64,000 bases of DNA, taken from NCBI GenBank assembly GCA_903866625.1, contig CAIPOI010000008.1:72674-136673 (forward strand). The letters are read 5' to 3'. The notes below the pieces were generated by a model that ran no database searches, was not told the DNA's origin, and worked only from the letters and a program-made list of their open reading frames with translations. Origin of the DNA: an uncultured archaeon. GTDB taxonomy: Archaea; Nanobdellota; Nanobdellia; Pacearchaeales; GW2011-AR1. Shown here piece after piece: positions 35,097 to 43,382 of this stretch (position 1 is its first letter; each line of letters begins with the position of its first letter). A program made the translations under genes and the position numbers.

Positions 35097-35603
35097 ATGC
35101 CACACCAATGCGTACACTGTTCGAAATTATATCCTGATGCTGCTAAAGAATTGTTGATTGGATGCACTTGTGGCAGCCATTTCTTTTATTATATTAAAAA
35201 AGAATATTATGACAAACTTAATAGCCAAATTTTAAACGAAGTTAAGAATGGCGTAGATAAAGATGTTGATTTAGCTGAAATACAAGAAATCCAAAAGAAA
35301 ATCCATCAAATCGATAAAATGGATAAACTTAAAATAGAAAAGGATGTTCGTGAAATTATTGGCATAGGTGAGAAAGAAGATATCCCAGTTATACTTGATT
35401 TAGAATCTATAAGGGTATTGAAACCAGGCAAATTTGAGATTGATGTTGTAAATCTTTTTAGTAAGAAAAGACCTCTGATATACAAACTTGAGGAAGGCAG
35501 GTACATAATTGATTTAGCTAGTACACTTAGGGTTAATGCCCATGAATTAGAAAGCAAAATAAGAGATCCAGAACAATTAAAGAAGCGAAAAAGAAAGAGA
35601 TAA
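35097..35603 (+). CDS. Zn-ribbon protein, DUF2072-like
   Basis: MPHQCVHCSKLYPDAAKELLIGCTCGSHFFYY.. N-terminal zinc ribbon followed by a charged helical region. TATA-like TATATAAG about 32 nt upstream. Confidence 0.6.
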   Translation: MPHQCVHCSKLYPDAAKELLIGCTCGSHFFYYIKKEYYDKLNSQILNEVKNGVDKDVDLAEIQEIQKKIHQIDKMDKLKIEKDVREIIGIGEKEDIPVILDLESIRVLKPGKFEIDVVNLFSKKRPLIYKLEEGRYIIDLASTLRVNAHELESKIRDPEQLKKRKRKR

Positions 35604-35608
35604 TCTCT

Positions 35609-36880
35609 ATGAATAAATTAACTTCTTTATTAAATCTTGAATTGAATAAGATAAGTCTTACTAAAGAGGAAAATCTTATCTTAAAGAAAGAAACCGCTTT
35701 GCTGATTAAAGAATTAAATAACAGTATTAAAAGAGTCAAGATAAAAGCTCAAGTTTTTGTTGGGGGAAGTTTTGCTAAAAATACAATTATAAAAAAAGAT
35801 AAGTATGATATAGATTTATTTGTTAGGTTTAATTCAAGTTATGATGAAGAGCAGATATCAAAACTTATAGCTAAAATTATTCCAAAAAAAGCTCAAAGAG
35901 TGCATGGTTCTAGGGATTATTTTGTTCTAAAATCTAATAATCAAGAGATTAATCTCGAATTTGAGATTATCCCTGTTTTGAGTATTAAAAAACCTGAGCA
36001 AGCTAGAAATATAACTGATTTAAGTTACTTTCATGTAAAATATGTTGTTAATAAAATAAAAAAGATTCCTAGACTTGCTGAAGAGATAAAGTTAACAAAG
36101 GCTTTTTTGCATTTTCAGGAGTGTTATGGTGCTGAAAGTTATATTAGGGGTATTTCAGGATATGCGGTGGAATTATTAATTATAAATTTTGGTAGTTTTG
36201 AAAAATTTCTTAAGGGAATTATTAAAACTAAACAAGATAAAAAATTGATTATTGATAGTGAAAGATTATATTCTAAAGGGCAAGTTTTAAGAGAATTAAA
36301 TGAAGCTAAGCTGCAATCTCCAATAATCCTCATAGATCCAACTTTTAAAGATAGGAATGCTCTTGCTTCTTTATCTCAACAAACTTTTGATAAACTGAGA
36401 GATTCTGCCCAAAAGTTTCTAAAAAATCCTAGCGAAGATTTTTTTGTTAAGAAAGATAAGGAAAGAGATTTTGAAGGAAGTAATAATAATATTGTTAAAC
36501 TTGAAATAAAAACAGATAGACAAGCAGGAGATATAGCTGGAACTAAGCTAAAGAAGTTTTATAAGTTTTTTATAGATGAAAGTTCAAGATTTTTAGATAT
36601 GAGCGGTAGTGAATTTATTTATGATGAAAAACATAATTTTGCCAAAATTTTAATAAATCCTAGTTCGAAAAAGGAAATATTTTTTCAAGGTCCACCCCTA
36701 ATTATGAAAGAGGCATTTGAAAAATTTAAAAAAGAGCATAAAAATATTCAGATAAAAGATGGAAAGAGTTTTGCTTATGAAAAAGGATTTTCAAGTTTTA
36801 AGGAATTTTTAAGTTTCTTTAAGAACAATAATTCTAATAAAATAAAGAGTATGGGTATAGTTAGTTTTGAGTTGGTCTAG
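35609..36880 (+). CDS. cca: CCA-adding tRNA nucleotidyltransferase (archaeal class I)
   Basis: ..VFVGGSFAKNTIIKKDKYDIDLFVRF.. (GS..DxD catalytic motif) and ..RGISGYAVELLI... 423 aa. Consistent with the tRNA-Leu lacking an encoded CCA. Confidence 0.9.
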   Translation: MNKLTSLLNLELNKISLTKEENLILKKETALLIKELNNSIKRVKIKAQVFVGGSFAKNTIIKKDKYDIDLFVRFNSSYDEEQISKLIAKIIPKKAQRVHGSRDYFVLKSNNQEINLEFEIIPVLSIKKPEQARNITDLSYFHVKYVVNKIKKIPRLAEEIKLTKAFLHFQECYGAESYIRGISGYAVELLIINFGSFEKFLKGIIKTKQDKKLIIDSERLYSKGQVLRELNEAKLQSPIILIDPTFKDRNALASLSQQTFDKLRDSAQKFLKNPSEDFFVKKDKERDFEGSNNNIVKLEIKTDRQAGDIAGTKLKKFYKFFIDESSRFLDMSGSEFIYDEKHNFAKILINPSSKKEIFFQGPPLIMKEAFEKFKKEHKNIQIKDGKSFAYEKGFSSFKEFLSFFKNNNSNKIKSMGIVSFELV

Positions 36881-37535
36881 GACAGATGCTTTTTATTGGT
36901 CCGGTCAAAATATTTGTTTGGCCTGTTAACTGATACTGTTCTTTTGTAAATACTACAAATAGTCTTTTATTTATTGTTGGAGGTAATCCCATTCTTTCTA
37001 TTAATTTTATTGTTTCCTCTATATTTTTTAATTCCTGTACTGCTTTTATTGTTCCTTTAGCTTCTGATGGTATGCCTGCCAAAGCCAAAACTTTAAAACC
37101 CTCGTAATCAGGGTTGCCATGAAAAATATATTCATTTTCACCTGTTTGCTTATTTAATTCTGGTAAGACCATATACTTTTTATCCGAAGTACTTGTTTCA
37201 AAAACTAAACCACTAACCTCCTGTAGATTAAATGGATCAAAAGCTAAGACTATTTTATCAAGCCCAACTGGGCTTGCGTTTAGATTTGCAGTTTTAGAAC
37301 CAAGATTAGTTGCTACTTGAAACTTTGCCCTATTACTCATATATAGCGAGCCTTGTTCATGATCCAGAAAATCAACATAACCCCTGGCCCGGGATTTATC
37401 TGTTAATTTTAAATTAAGTCTTTGAAATTCAAATCTCTTTGGTTGAACGTGTATCAGAGAACTTAAAACAGGTATTACTGTACTTTTTTCAAAAGGAATT
37501 TGTACAAGAGATTCGAAAAGTGTATTATAACTCAT
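36861..37535 (-). CDS. Hypothetical protein G (224 aa from ATG MSYNTLFESL..)
   Basis: The longer track ORF would overlap the upstream gene. ATG 37535 is 1 nt after the upstream stop. 3' end overlaps the cca 3' end by 20 nt. No motif recognised. Confidence 0.55.
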   Translation of the reverse strand: MSYNTLFESLVQIPFEKSTVIPVLSSLIHVQPKRFEFQRLNLKLTDKSRARGYVDFLDHEQGSLYMSNRAKFQVATNLGSKTANLNASPVGLDKIVLAFDPFNLQEVSGLVFETSTSDKKYMVLPELNKQTGENEYIFHGNPDYEGFKVLALAGIPSEAKGTIKAVQELKNIEETIKLIERMGLPPTINKRLFVVFTKEQYQLTGQTNILTGPIKSICPRPTQN

Positions 37536-37536
37536 T

Positions 37537-37767
37537 TTAGAATCCTTCTTGATAATTTTTATTAGTATAGATTGGTAAAATATTCCCTTTTGAATCTGTT
37601 TGGGGTCCAAGAGTTGTTTGTTCGAGTTTAGATTGATTAAGTTTTTCTCTGATGAATTCACAACTTGTAATTCCAATTCCTGCTAAAAATGTTCCGGCAA
37701 GCAAAGCAATACCTGCTATTTTAAATGCTTCTCTCATCGTAGAATAATTTATAGAAACTTCTGGCAT
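37537..37767 (-). CDS. Small single-pass membrane protein F (76 aa, MPEVSINYSTMREAFKIAGIALLAGTFLAGIGI..)
   Basis: One TM. ATG is 2 nt after the TrmB-like stop. Confidence 0.5.
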   Translation of the reverse strand: MPEVSINYSTMREAFKIAGIALLAGTFLAGIGITSCEFIREKLNQSKLEQTTLGPQTDSKGNILPIYTNKNYQEGF

Positions 37768-37769
37768 TT

Positions 37770-38549
37770 TTAATCCTCCCAAATTTGATTGAATAAATAA
37801 ACTAAAGCATTTGTAAAGAAAGGGGTGTTTAACCAGATTGCAGTTTCTTCTTCTGAACCATTTCCTTCTGCGAGCATAAACATTATTTGCTCTTGGTCTA
37901 CTATAAAGAACTTTGTATTAATCTCTATTTGTTTTATTTTTTCTTTTATTTTTATGCTAAGCTTTTTTATATCGCTTTCATTTCCAGAAAGAGCAATTCT
38001 AACTTTTATTCCATGTTTTTTTACTTTTTCAATTAAACCGGTGAATAATCTCAGCTTTTCTGTGAAATCCTTTGCTGATGTACAGATTATAATTTCTTTT
38101 CTTGCATTTTCCATAACCTCTCTTATATGGTTGTAAATCATAGATCTTCCTTTTATTGCTCCTGATAAATCCTCGTGTTTAACAGGTTTTATTCCTGTAT
38201 TATAAAGTCCTTCTATTTCAGAATATTCTGGAGAATCTCTTAATTTTGAGAGAACTTTTACTTTTTCTTCTGCTTCTTTAACCATGTTATTTTTAAGCTT
38301 TTCAAGTATAACTGAAGGTTTTACTGCTATATATTTTGCAGGTTTGCCTATTTTTGAGATTGTGAAGCCTTGTTTTTCTAAGCTTTCAAGAACATCATAA
38401 GTTCTGCTTCTTGGAACTCCAGATATTTCTGCAATTTCTCCTGCACTTGCAACTCCCTTTCCAAGCAAAGCTATCCAAACTTTTGTTTCATAAATATTAA
38501 GGTTAAAGTAATCCTTAATTTTTTTAACGAGTTCTGGTTTTATGATCAT
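37770..38549 (-). CDS. TrmB-family transcriptional regulator (second copy)
   Basis: ..YETKVWIALLGKGVASAGEIAEISGVPRSRTYDVLESLEKQGF... Roughly half the residues are identical to 4760..5563 over the N-terminal domain by eye. Confidence 0.85.
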   Translation of the reverse strand: MIIKPELVKKIKDYFNLNIYETKVWIALLGKGVASAGEIAEISGVPRSRTYDVLESLEKQGFTISKIGKPAKYIAVKPSVILEKLKNNMVKEAEEKVKVLSKLRDSPEYSEIEGLYNTGIKPVKHEDLSGAIKGRSMIYNHIREVMENARKEIIICTSAKDFTEKLRLFTGLIEKVKKHGIKVRIALSGNESDIKKLSIKIKEKIKQIEINTKFFIVDQEQIMFMLAEGNGSEEETAIWLNTPFFTNALVYLFNQIWED

Positions 38550-38552
38550 GTT

Positions 38553-39170
38553 TTATTGTGTTCCTTCTGATTTACTTTTAACTCTTATTGCGTCTTGTAA
38601 TCCGATTATTTGTAATTCCAATATTGTTTTTTCTAAATCCTTGGGATTTCCTGTCCATAAGCTTACATCAACCGTCGCATTCATTTTAAGATGAGGATTC
38701 TTTGTTCTATCTAAATCTTTCGCTTTTGGAATTTCTATGAATCTATAAGTTGGCCCGAATCTTACTCCATCTTCTTCATGGAAATTAACATAACTTCTCG
38801 CTCTTAGTTCATTAGTTACAAACGCGTATTCTGGGTGATTAGGTGAATTACTTATTTTTAGTGGGCTTCTTCCATCGGCTGCTTTTTCTAATACTCTTGA
38901 AAGTTCTGTTATTCCCTTTTGACTTTTTCCTCTTATTAAAATGTCTAAATCATTATAATCTTGAATTCCATCGAAAATCCAGCTTTTTGGGGCCGAACCT
39001 CCAAGATAACCTCTAAAGGCAGCTCCGTTTACAGCTAAATATTCACAAACTTTCTCAAAGAAAGGAAGGTCTCCTTGTTTTACCATGTGGCTTATTGGAC
39101 TTAAACTTGTTAAACAGAATTGCATCAAAGGGGAATATTTTCCTTCAATTATTAATGAGTTTCTTTCCAT
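38553..39170 (-). CDS. Pol-beta-superfamily nucleotidyltransferase-like protein D (205 aa from MERNSL..)
   Basis: ..RGYLGGSAPKSWIFDGIQDYNDLDILIRGK.. fits the hG[GS]-x(9-14)-DhDh motif. A later ..NATVDVSLW.. could supply the third carboxylate. No database comparison was possible. Confidence 0.45.
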   Translation of the reverse strand: MERNSLIIEGKYSPLMQFCLTSLSPISHMVKQGDLPFFEKVCEYLAVNGAAFRGYLGGSAPKSWIFDGIQDYNDLDILIRGKSQKGITELSRVLEKAADGRSPLKISNSPNHPEYAFVTNELRARSYVNFHEEDGVRFGPTYRFIEIPKAKDLDRTKNPHLKMNATVDVSLWTGNPKDLEKTILELQIIGLQDAIRVKSKSEGTQ

Positions 39171-39174
39171 GTTA

Positions 39175-39534
39175 TTATTGTGCTCCTGATTGTTCTGCTT
39201 TTTCCCAAGATGGATTTTCAATTCTTATTCCATCTTTTGTTATTTCTGGTCCAGATATATATCTAACTTTTGGAGAATATGCCCAAGTATTTGTAGTTCC
39301 ATTATTGTAGATAATTCTAACATCGTTTGATTTTGGATTATTGCTGAAATTTCCTACTTCTACACTTCTAATTTGTCTGGCCTTTTCAGATTCTTCTTTA
39401 GCTTTTCCGATTAAATATCCAATTCCGCCACTTGCTGCTAAAACTAAACTAAGTACGACTGCTATACTCCCGTACATATTATCCTTTATTTTTAATGGTG
39501 GTGAATAGGGCGGTAATTGTTTCATTTTAAGCAT
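39175..39534 (-). CDS. Small single-pass membrane protein C (119 aa; alternative start 39525)
   Basis: ..MYGSIAVVLSLVLAASGGIGYLIG.. TM followed by a ~75-aa beta-rich domain. Confidence 0.5.
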   Translation of the reverse strand: MLKMKQLPPYSPPLKIKDNMYGSIAVVLSLVLAASGGIGYLIGKAKEESEKARQIRSVEVGNFSNNPKSNDVRIIYNNGTTNTWAYSPKVRYISGPEITKDGIRIENPSWEKAEQSGAQ

Positions 39535-40054
39535 TCACTGGTTTTCTTTGTTTAATTTCAATGGGTTTTAGAATCATGCCGAGTTCTGCTAGTTGAAATA
39601 GATGTAATTTTTCTGTGGCTTCATTATATGTTGAGCAGTTACCGATGGTAGCATTTAGATGTTTTGAAGTTATAACTGTTTGTAATGCTCCAAATATTCT
39701 TTCTTGCTTAATTTTTGTGTTTGTCCATAATTCCTCGTCTAAGCAACTATCTAATAGATTTTTAAAAGTATATCTGGAAAGAATAGCTTTTAATTTTTCT
39801 GATTCTTCGTCCTGAGTAAGATATCTATCTAATGGTCTTGGTGAAGTTGAACCTAATCCTGAAACTAATAGCATTCTGTAAAGTGTAGGTCTTGTTCTTG
39901 CTGAGAAACTTGATTTTAAACCCTTCTCAGGATTATAATCCTCTACTGGTGCACTTAAAGAAGTTAATTCTGTATGTGCAAATGAACCTGGAACTAGCTT
40001 TTCTAATTGATATACTACTCTTGTTATTGTTCTGGGTTGTGTTTGTTTTGTCAT
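39527..40054 (-). CDS. Hypothetical protein B (175 aa)
   Basis: Intact ORF, 9 nt after the upstream stop. No motif recognised. Weak resemblance to 1287..1715 (TLYR..SEKL..DS[LC]L). Confidence 0.55.
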   Translation of the reverse strand: MTKQTQPRTITRVVYQLEKLVPGSFAHTELTSLSAPVEDYNPEKGLKSSFSARTRPTLYRMLLVSGLGSTSPRPLDRYLTQDEESEKLKAILSRYTFKNLLDSCLDEELWTNTKIKQERIFGALQTVITSKHLNATIGNCSTYNEATEKLHLFQLAELGMILKPIEIKQRKPVNA

Positions 40055-40063
40055 GTTATTATT

Positions 40064-40408
40064 TTATTTTTTGCAATTTAGATTTAATTCAAAGGAATCT
40101 ACGTTTCCTCTTAGGATTCCGCCAATGTTATCATAAAGTAATCTAAGTTCTCCATCAACATCTGTTCTAGCCAGAACTAATGCTCTATAGGCTTCATCAG
40201 ATTTTATTCTTAGAGAAGTATCAATTAATCTTGATTGTAAGCTTGAGTTTACCCAACGAACAACTGATTCTACTCTTGCTTGAGATTGGGAATTTTTAGT
40301 TTGTTCATTAACTCCGCCGTTATGATATCCTTGCATGTAAGATAGCACGCCTACTGCAACTACTGCAAGAAATCTTGGCATATTTTTTATTTTTATTAGT
40401 TCTTTCAT
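40064..40408 (-). CDS. Small signal/TM-anchored protein A (114 aa from MKELIKIKNMPRFLAVVAVGVLS..)
   Basis: Start chosen downstream of the TATA-like CATTTATAAACC (minus strand, 40441-40452). The longer track ORF would run through the divergent promoter region and into 40525..40881. Confidence 0.5.
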   Translation of the reverse strand: MKELIKIKNMPRFLAVVAVGVLSYMQGYHNGGVNEQTKNSQSQARVESVVRWVNSSLQSRLIDTSLRIKSDEAYRALVLARTDVDGELRLLYDNIGGILRGNVDSFELNLNCKK

Positions 40409-40440
40409 GGTGATTTTTACTACTTCTCTTAGATTAAGGG

Positions 40441-40503
40441 GTTTATAAATGTTTCTTTTTTGTTGTATCTTGATAGTGACAACTAAACCAGAAGGTTTAA
40501 ATA
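40441..40503. promoter_or_regulatory. Divergent promoter region: two TATA-like boxes
   Basis: GTTTATAAAT (40441-40450, read on the minus strand) and TTTAAATA (40496-40503, 25 nt before ATG 40525). Confidence 0.45.
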
Positions 40504-40524
40504 ACCTCTTTAATAGAGTATGGT

Positions 40525-40881
40525 ATGGCAAATGAAAATGAAAATCAACAAGGAGAGCCTGATCAAGGTTTTCGTTGGCAAGGTTATGTTGGCAAGGAGA
40601 TAACACTAAATTTTAGAGATTCTAGTCATTCAGGAGTTATGGGTGCTCCAAATTTTAAAGGAAGATATATTGATTTAAAACCCTGTGTTATGTACGAATT
40701 CGATGGCGAAACTGCTTATCTATCTCAGCAACCCCTGAGAATTTCCTTTGATTTAATCCAGGGCGATAGAGTTACTATCTTGGCTCATAAGGAAGGGTAT
40801 CTTGAAGCAAGAGTTAAAGTAGCAAATGAACTTGTTGCTAAGAGAAAACAAAATAAACTTGGATTTAACCCCTCTAGCTAA
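40525..40881 (+). CDS. Hypothetical protein H (118 aa), possibly a small beta-barrel
   Basis: ..VGKEITLNFRDSSHSGVMGAP..YIDLKPCVMYEF..RISFDLIQGDRVTIL.. is loosely Sm-like. Very tentative. Confidence 0.5.
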   Translation: MANENENQQGEPDQGFRWQGYVGKEITLNFRDSSHSGVMGAPNFKGRYIDLKPCVMYEFDGETAYLSQQPLRISFDLIQGDRVTILAHKEGYLEARVKVANELVAKRKQNKLGFNPSS

Positions 40882-40888
40882 TAATAAC

Positions 40889-41080
40889 ATGCTAACTCAA
40901 ATGGACTTTGATATGACCTCAAAACCTAGAATATATACTAGTAAAACTCCTCGAGCAGATTATTTTATAATGAGTTCTCCTTGTCCTTTTATTCCTTTAG
41001 TAGTTAATCCTCGTTTTACTAAACCTGCTTTTGATACATTACATGGAAAGGAAATAACTGATGTAGGAGTTTGGAAATGA
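40889..41080 (+). CDS. Hypothetical protein I (63 aa from ATG)
   Basis: ATG is 8 nt after the H stop. Its stop overlaps the next ATG (ATGA). Confidence 0.4.
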   Translation: MLTQMDFDMTSKPRIYTSKTPRADYFIMSSPCPFIPLVVNPRFTKPAFDTLHGKEITDVGVWK

Positions 41081-41439
41081 TATTTTCTGGAAGATCTACT
41101 CCCAATAATTTTAAAGTTTTATTTTTAGAGGATTTAACTTCTAAAGAGAGAAGAAGAACTCCTAATACTTGCTGTGATATGGGTAATATAAGAATTGATA
41201 TGACCACTATGGATTATGCTTCTGTGCAAGATGTTTTAGCTAGTTTGCCTGAAGGCAGTTTTTGGGATGATAAGCAAGAAAAATTTCTGAAAATGAAGGT
41301 TAAAGATTATCAACCTCCAGTTAGAATTCCTTTTATTCCTCCAAAAGTTGAATCTCCAGTTAGTTCTGGAGTTAAACTTCCACCACCTCTTCCTAAAACT
41401 TATCCTACTAAAGGTAAGCCTTATTTCTTAGGATTATAA
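41077..41439 (+). CDS. Hypothetical protein J (120 aa) with Pro-rich tail
   Basis: ATGA overlap with I. C-terminus ..YQPPVRIPFIPPKVESPVSSGVKLPPPLPKTYPTKGKP... Confidence 0.45.
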   Translation: MIFSGRSTPNNFKVLFLEDLTSKERRRTPNTCCDMGNIRIDMTTMDYASVQDVLASLPEGSFWDDKQEKFLKMKVKDYQPPVRIPFIPPKVESPVSSGVKLPPPLPKTYPTKGKPYFLGL

Positions 41440-41442
41440 TTT

Positions 41443-42321
41443 TTATATTAAAAATATTTTAGAAATAGCCATCCCTATTAAAATTCCTGTTGTTAGATAG
41501 GGCATAGCAGGATAAGATTTATTCTTTTTTCCAAAAGTATACAAATATAATAGGGCTAGTGAAGCAAATAAGATTACTACTAAACTTCCTACGAAGCTTT
41601 GATAGGTTTTCAAGAAAACACCTGCGGCGATAATTGAGAATACAATGTCTCCTCCGCCCAGAATAGCTAATTGTATTTTTATCTTGTTCTTTTTTAAGAT
41701 CTTATCTGGAATATTATTTTTATATTTCTGCTTTAATAATCTTATTTTTTCTTTTATTTTTTTGTTTGCATGAGCTATTAAAAATCCTCCAAAAATTCCT
41801 AAGGTATTAATTTGATATTTTGCCATTTTTACCATAATCTTTGATTTCCAAACTGCCCACATATCATAAACAGAGATAATCAATAGAAGGATTATTGTTA
41901 TCTTTATATTTAACATCGTTACAAATAGTGCGGCAATTCCTGGATAGACCATCACTTCAGTAATATTATGAATTAATATGTTCATTCTAAAAATTTTAAA
42001 ATAAGAAAAAATAACCCCTATTATTAATGCGATTATTGTTGGAGCAATTATAAACGAGTATATTGATAACATTGCATTCATAGAGACTGCAATAGCTAAA
42101 CTGACTACGACAAAGAACCACAACTTCATAAAAAATTCAGATCGAATTTTCATAAGCATGAGAATAATTACTACTGTTATAATGAATGAGAATATCAACT
42201 GAATTAAGAAACTTGCTGGCTGGATTGTTTTTGAACTATCAAATCCGTATGGAAGAATATGATTTGGATTTAGATAAAAATTAACTACAGCTAAACCAAG
42301 TAATTGAGTTAAAATAAACAT
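41443..42321 (-). CDS. Presenilin/signal-peptide-peptidase homolog (A22 GxGD intramembrane aspartyl protease)
   Basis: Polytopic. YD motif (..ISVYDMWAVW..), GxGD motif (..LAILGGGDIVFS..), PAL-like motif (..YPAMPYL..), with a basic loop between the two Asp helices. Start set at ATG 42321; the track uses TTG 42327. Confidence 0.75.
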   Translation of the reverse strand: MFILTQLLGLAVVNFYLNPNHILPYGFDSSKTIQPASFLIQLIFSFIITVVIILMLMKIRSEFFMKLWFFVVVSLAIAVSMNAMLSIYSFIIAPTIIALIIGVIFSYFKIFRMNILIHNITEVMVYPGIAALFVTMLNIKITIILLLIISVYDMWAVWKSKIMVKMAKYQINTLGIFGGFLIAHANKKIKEKIRLLKQKYKNNIPDKILKKNKIKIQLAILGGGDIVFSIIAAGVFLKTYQSFVGSLVVILFASLALLYLYTFGKKNKSYPAMPYLTTGILIGMAISKIFLI

Positions 42322-42521
42322 TCCCAAGAGAATTCCGGTTACTTTTATATTGTTTTTAATATTATTTTTCCCTCTTTGATTATTATATTGTTTTTAGGGT
42401 TTTAAAACTATTCTTTTGGATTTGTATTTTATAATCTATAGATTTTACTTAATTTGCACTTCGTGTTATTCTTATTAATATTCAAGAACTAAAAATCTGT
42501 TGGATGGTTGAGAATTCCGCT

Positions 42522-43220
42522 TTATCTTTTTAATTTTTGTTTAGCTTGATCAACCAAACATTGTAAAACAACTTCTATAGAATTAAAAGTGTGTTTTATA
42601 GGTGATATTTTACTTTTTCTTCCAGGAATATAAACTGTAGAGATATCTACCCAACCAATTTTCGTTTCTTCTAGTAAAAGTTTCATTAACATTTCAGATT
42701 CATAAGAAAATCCTCGTGTAGTTGTTAAACCCACTAATTTTGGAAGCATCTCTTTCTGAAAAGCTCTATATCCACATTCGGGATCATAAACTGGCTTTTT
42801 GCTTATACTAGATAAAACTCTTGCATAAAGCGTATTAGAAAATCTTCTAACTTTTGGAACACATGATTCTTGAAAATTTCTTTTACCTATAACAACATTG
42901 TTTCCTTGATCTAAGCTTTCTAGAAAACTTGGTATTTCTTCAGGTAGGTGTTGTAGATCTGCATCAAGAGTTATTACTCTTTCACAACCCATTGAATTTA
43001 ACCATGCAAACCCATTTTTTAGTGCTTGTCCTTTACCCAGATTAGTCTCATGATTATAAACTGTGGCTCCTGCTTTTTTTGCGAGTTCTGCTGTATTATC
43101 TGTAGAACCATCATTTACAACTAAAACTCTTCTTACTTGTTTTAGTGTTCTTTGGACAACCTCTGCTATAGTTCCATGTTCATTATAGGCACATATAAGG
43201 GCATAGGTTTTATCTCCCAT
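42522..43220 (-). CDS. Family 2 glycosyltransferase (dolichyl-phosphate sugar synthase-like)
   Basis: ..ALICAYNE..VVNDGSTDNT..ITLDADLQH.. GT-A fold with DxD motif. 232 aa. Confidence 0.85.
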   Translation of the reverse strand: MGDKTYALICAYNEHGTIAEVVQRTLKQVRRVLVVNDGSTDNTAELAKKAGATVYNHETNLGKGQALKNGFAWLNSMGCERVITLDADLQHLPEEIPSFLESLDQGNNVVIGKRNFQESCVPKVRRFSNTLYARVLSSISKKPVYDPECGYRAFQKEMLPKLVGLTTTRGFSYESEMLMKLLLEETKIGWVDISTVYIPGRKSKISPIKHTFNSIEVVLQCLVDQAKQKLKR

Positions 43221-43382
43221 ACTAAAACCTAAAAATTGAGCTTTATATAGTATTATATACTCGAGTTTTTGAGCAAATTTGCTTAGTATTCCTAATAAGT
43301 CTTAATAATTGTTGTAATAGCTAAACAGGCTAGGAATAATCATGAGGATGAGTTTGCTTAAAAATAATTTTGATAGTTTATG

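Noticed and set aside
42328-42519. 10-bp direct repeat GAGAATTCCG at 42328-42337 and 42510-42519 flanking the presenilin/GT2 intergenic region. Considered as target-site duplication of a MITE.
   Set aside because: The 170-bp interior has no terminal inverted repeats and looks like ordinary AT-rich promoter sequence. One copy lies between the TATA box and the ATG of the presenilin gene. Probably coincidence.
43272-43283. Perfect 12-bp palindrome AGCAAATTTGCT upstream of the GT2 gene promoter.
   Set aside because: A short AT-rich palindrome is expected by chance in this composition, and there is no second copy or known motif. Noted but not promoted to a finding.
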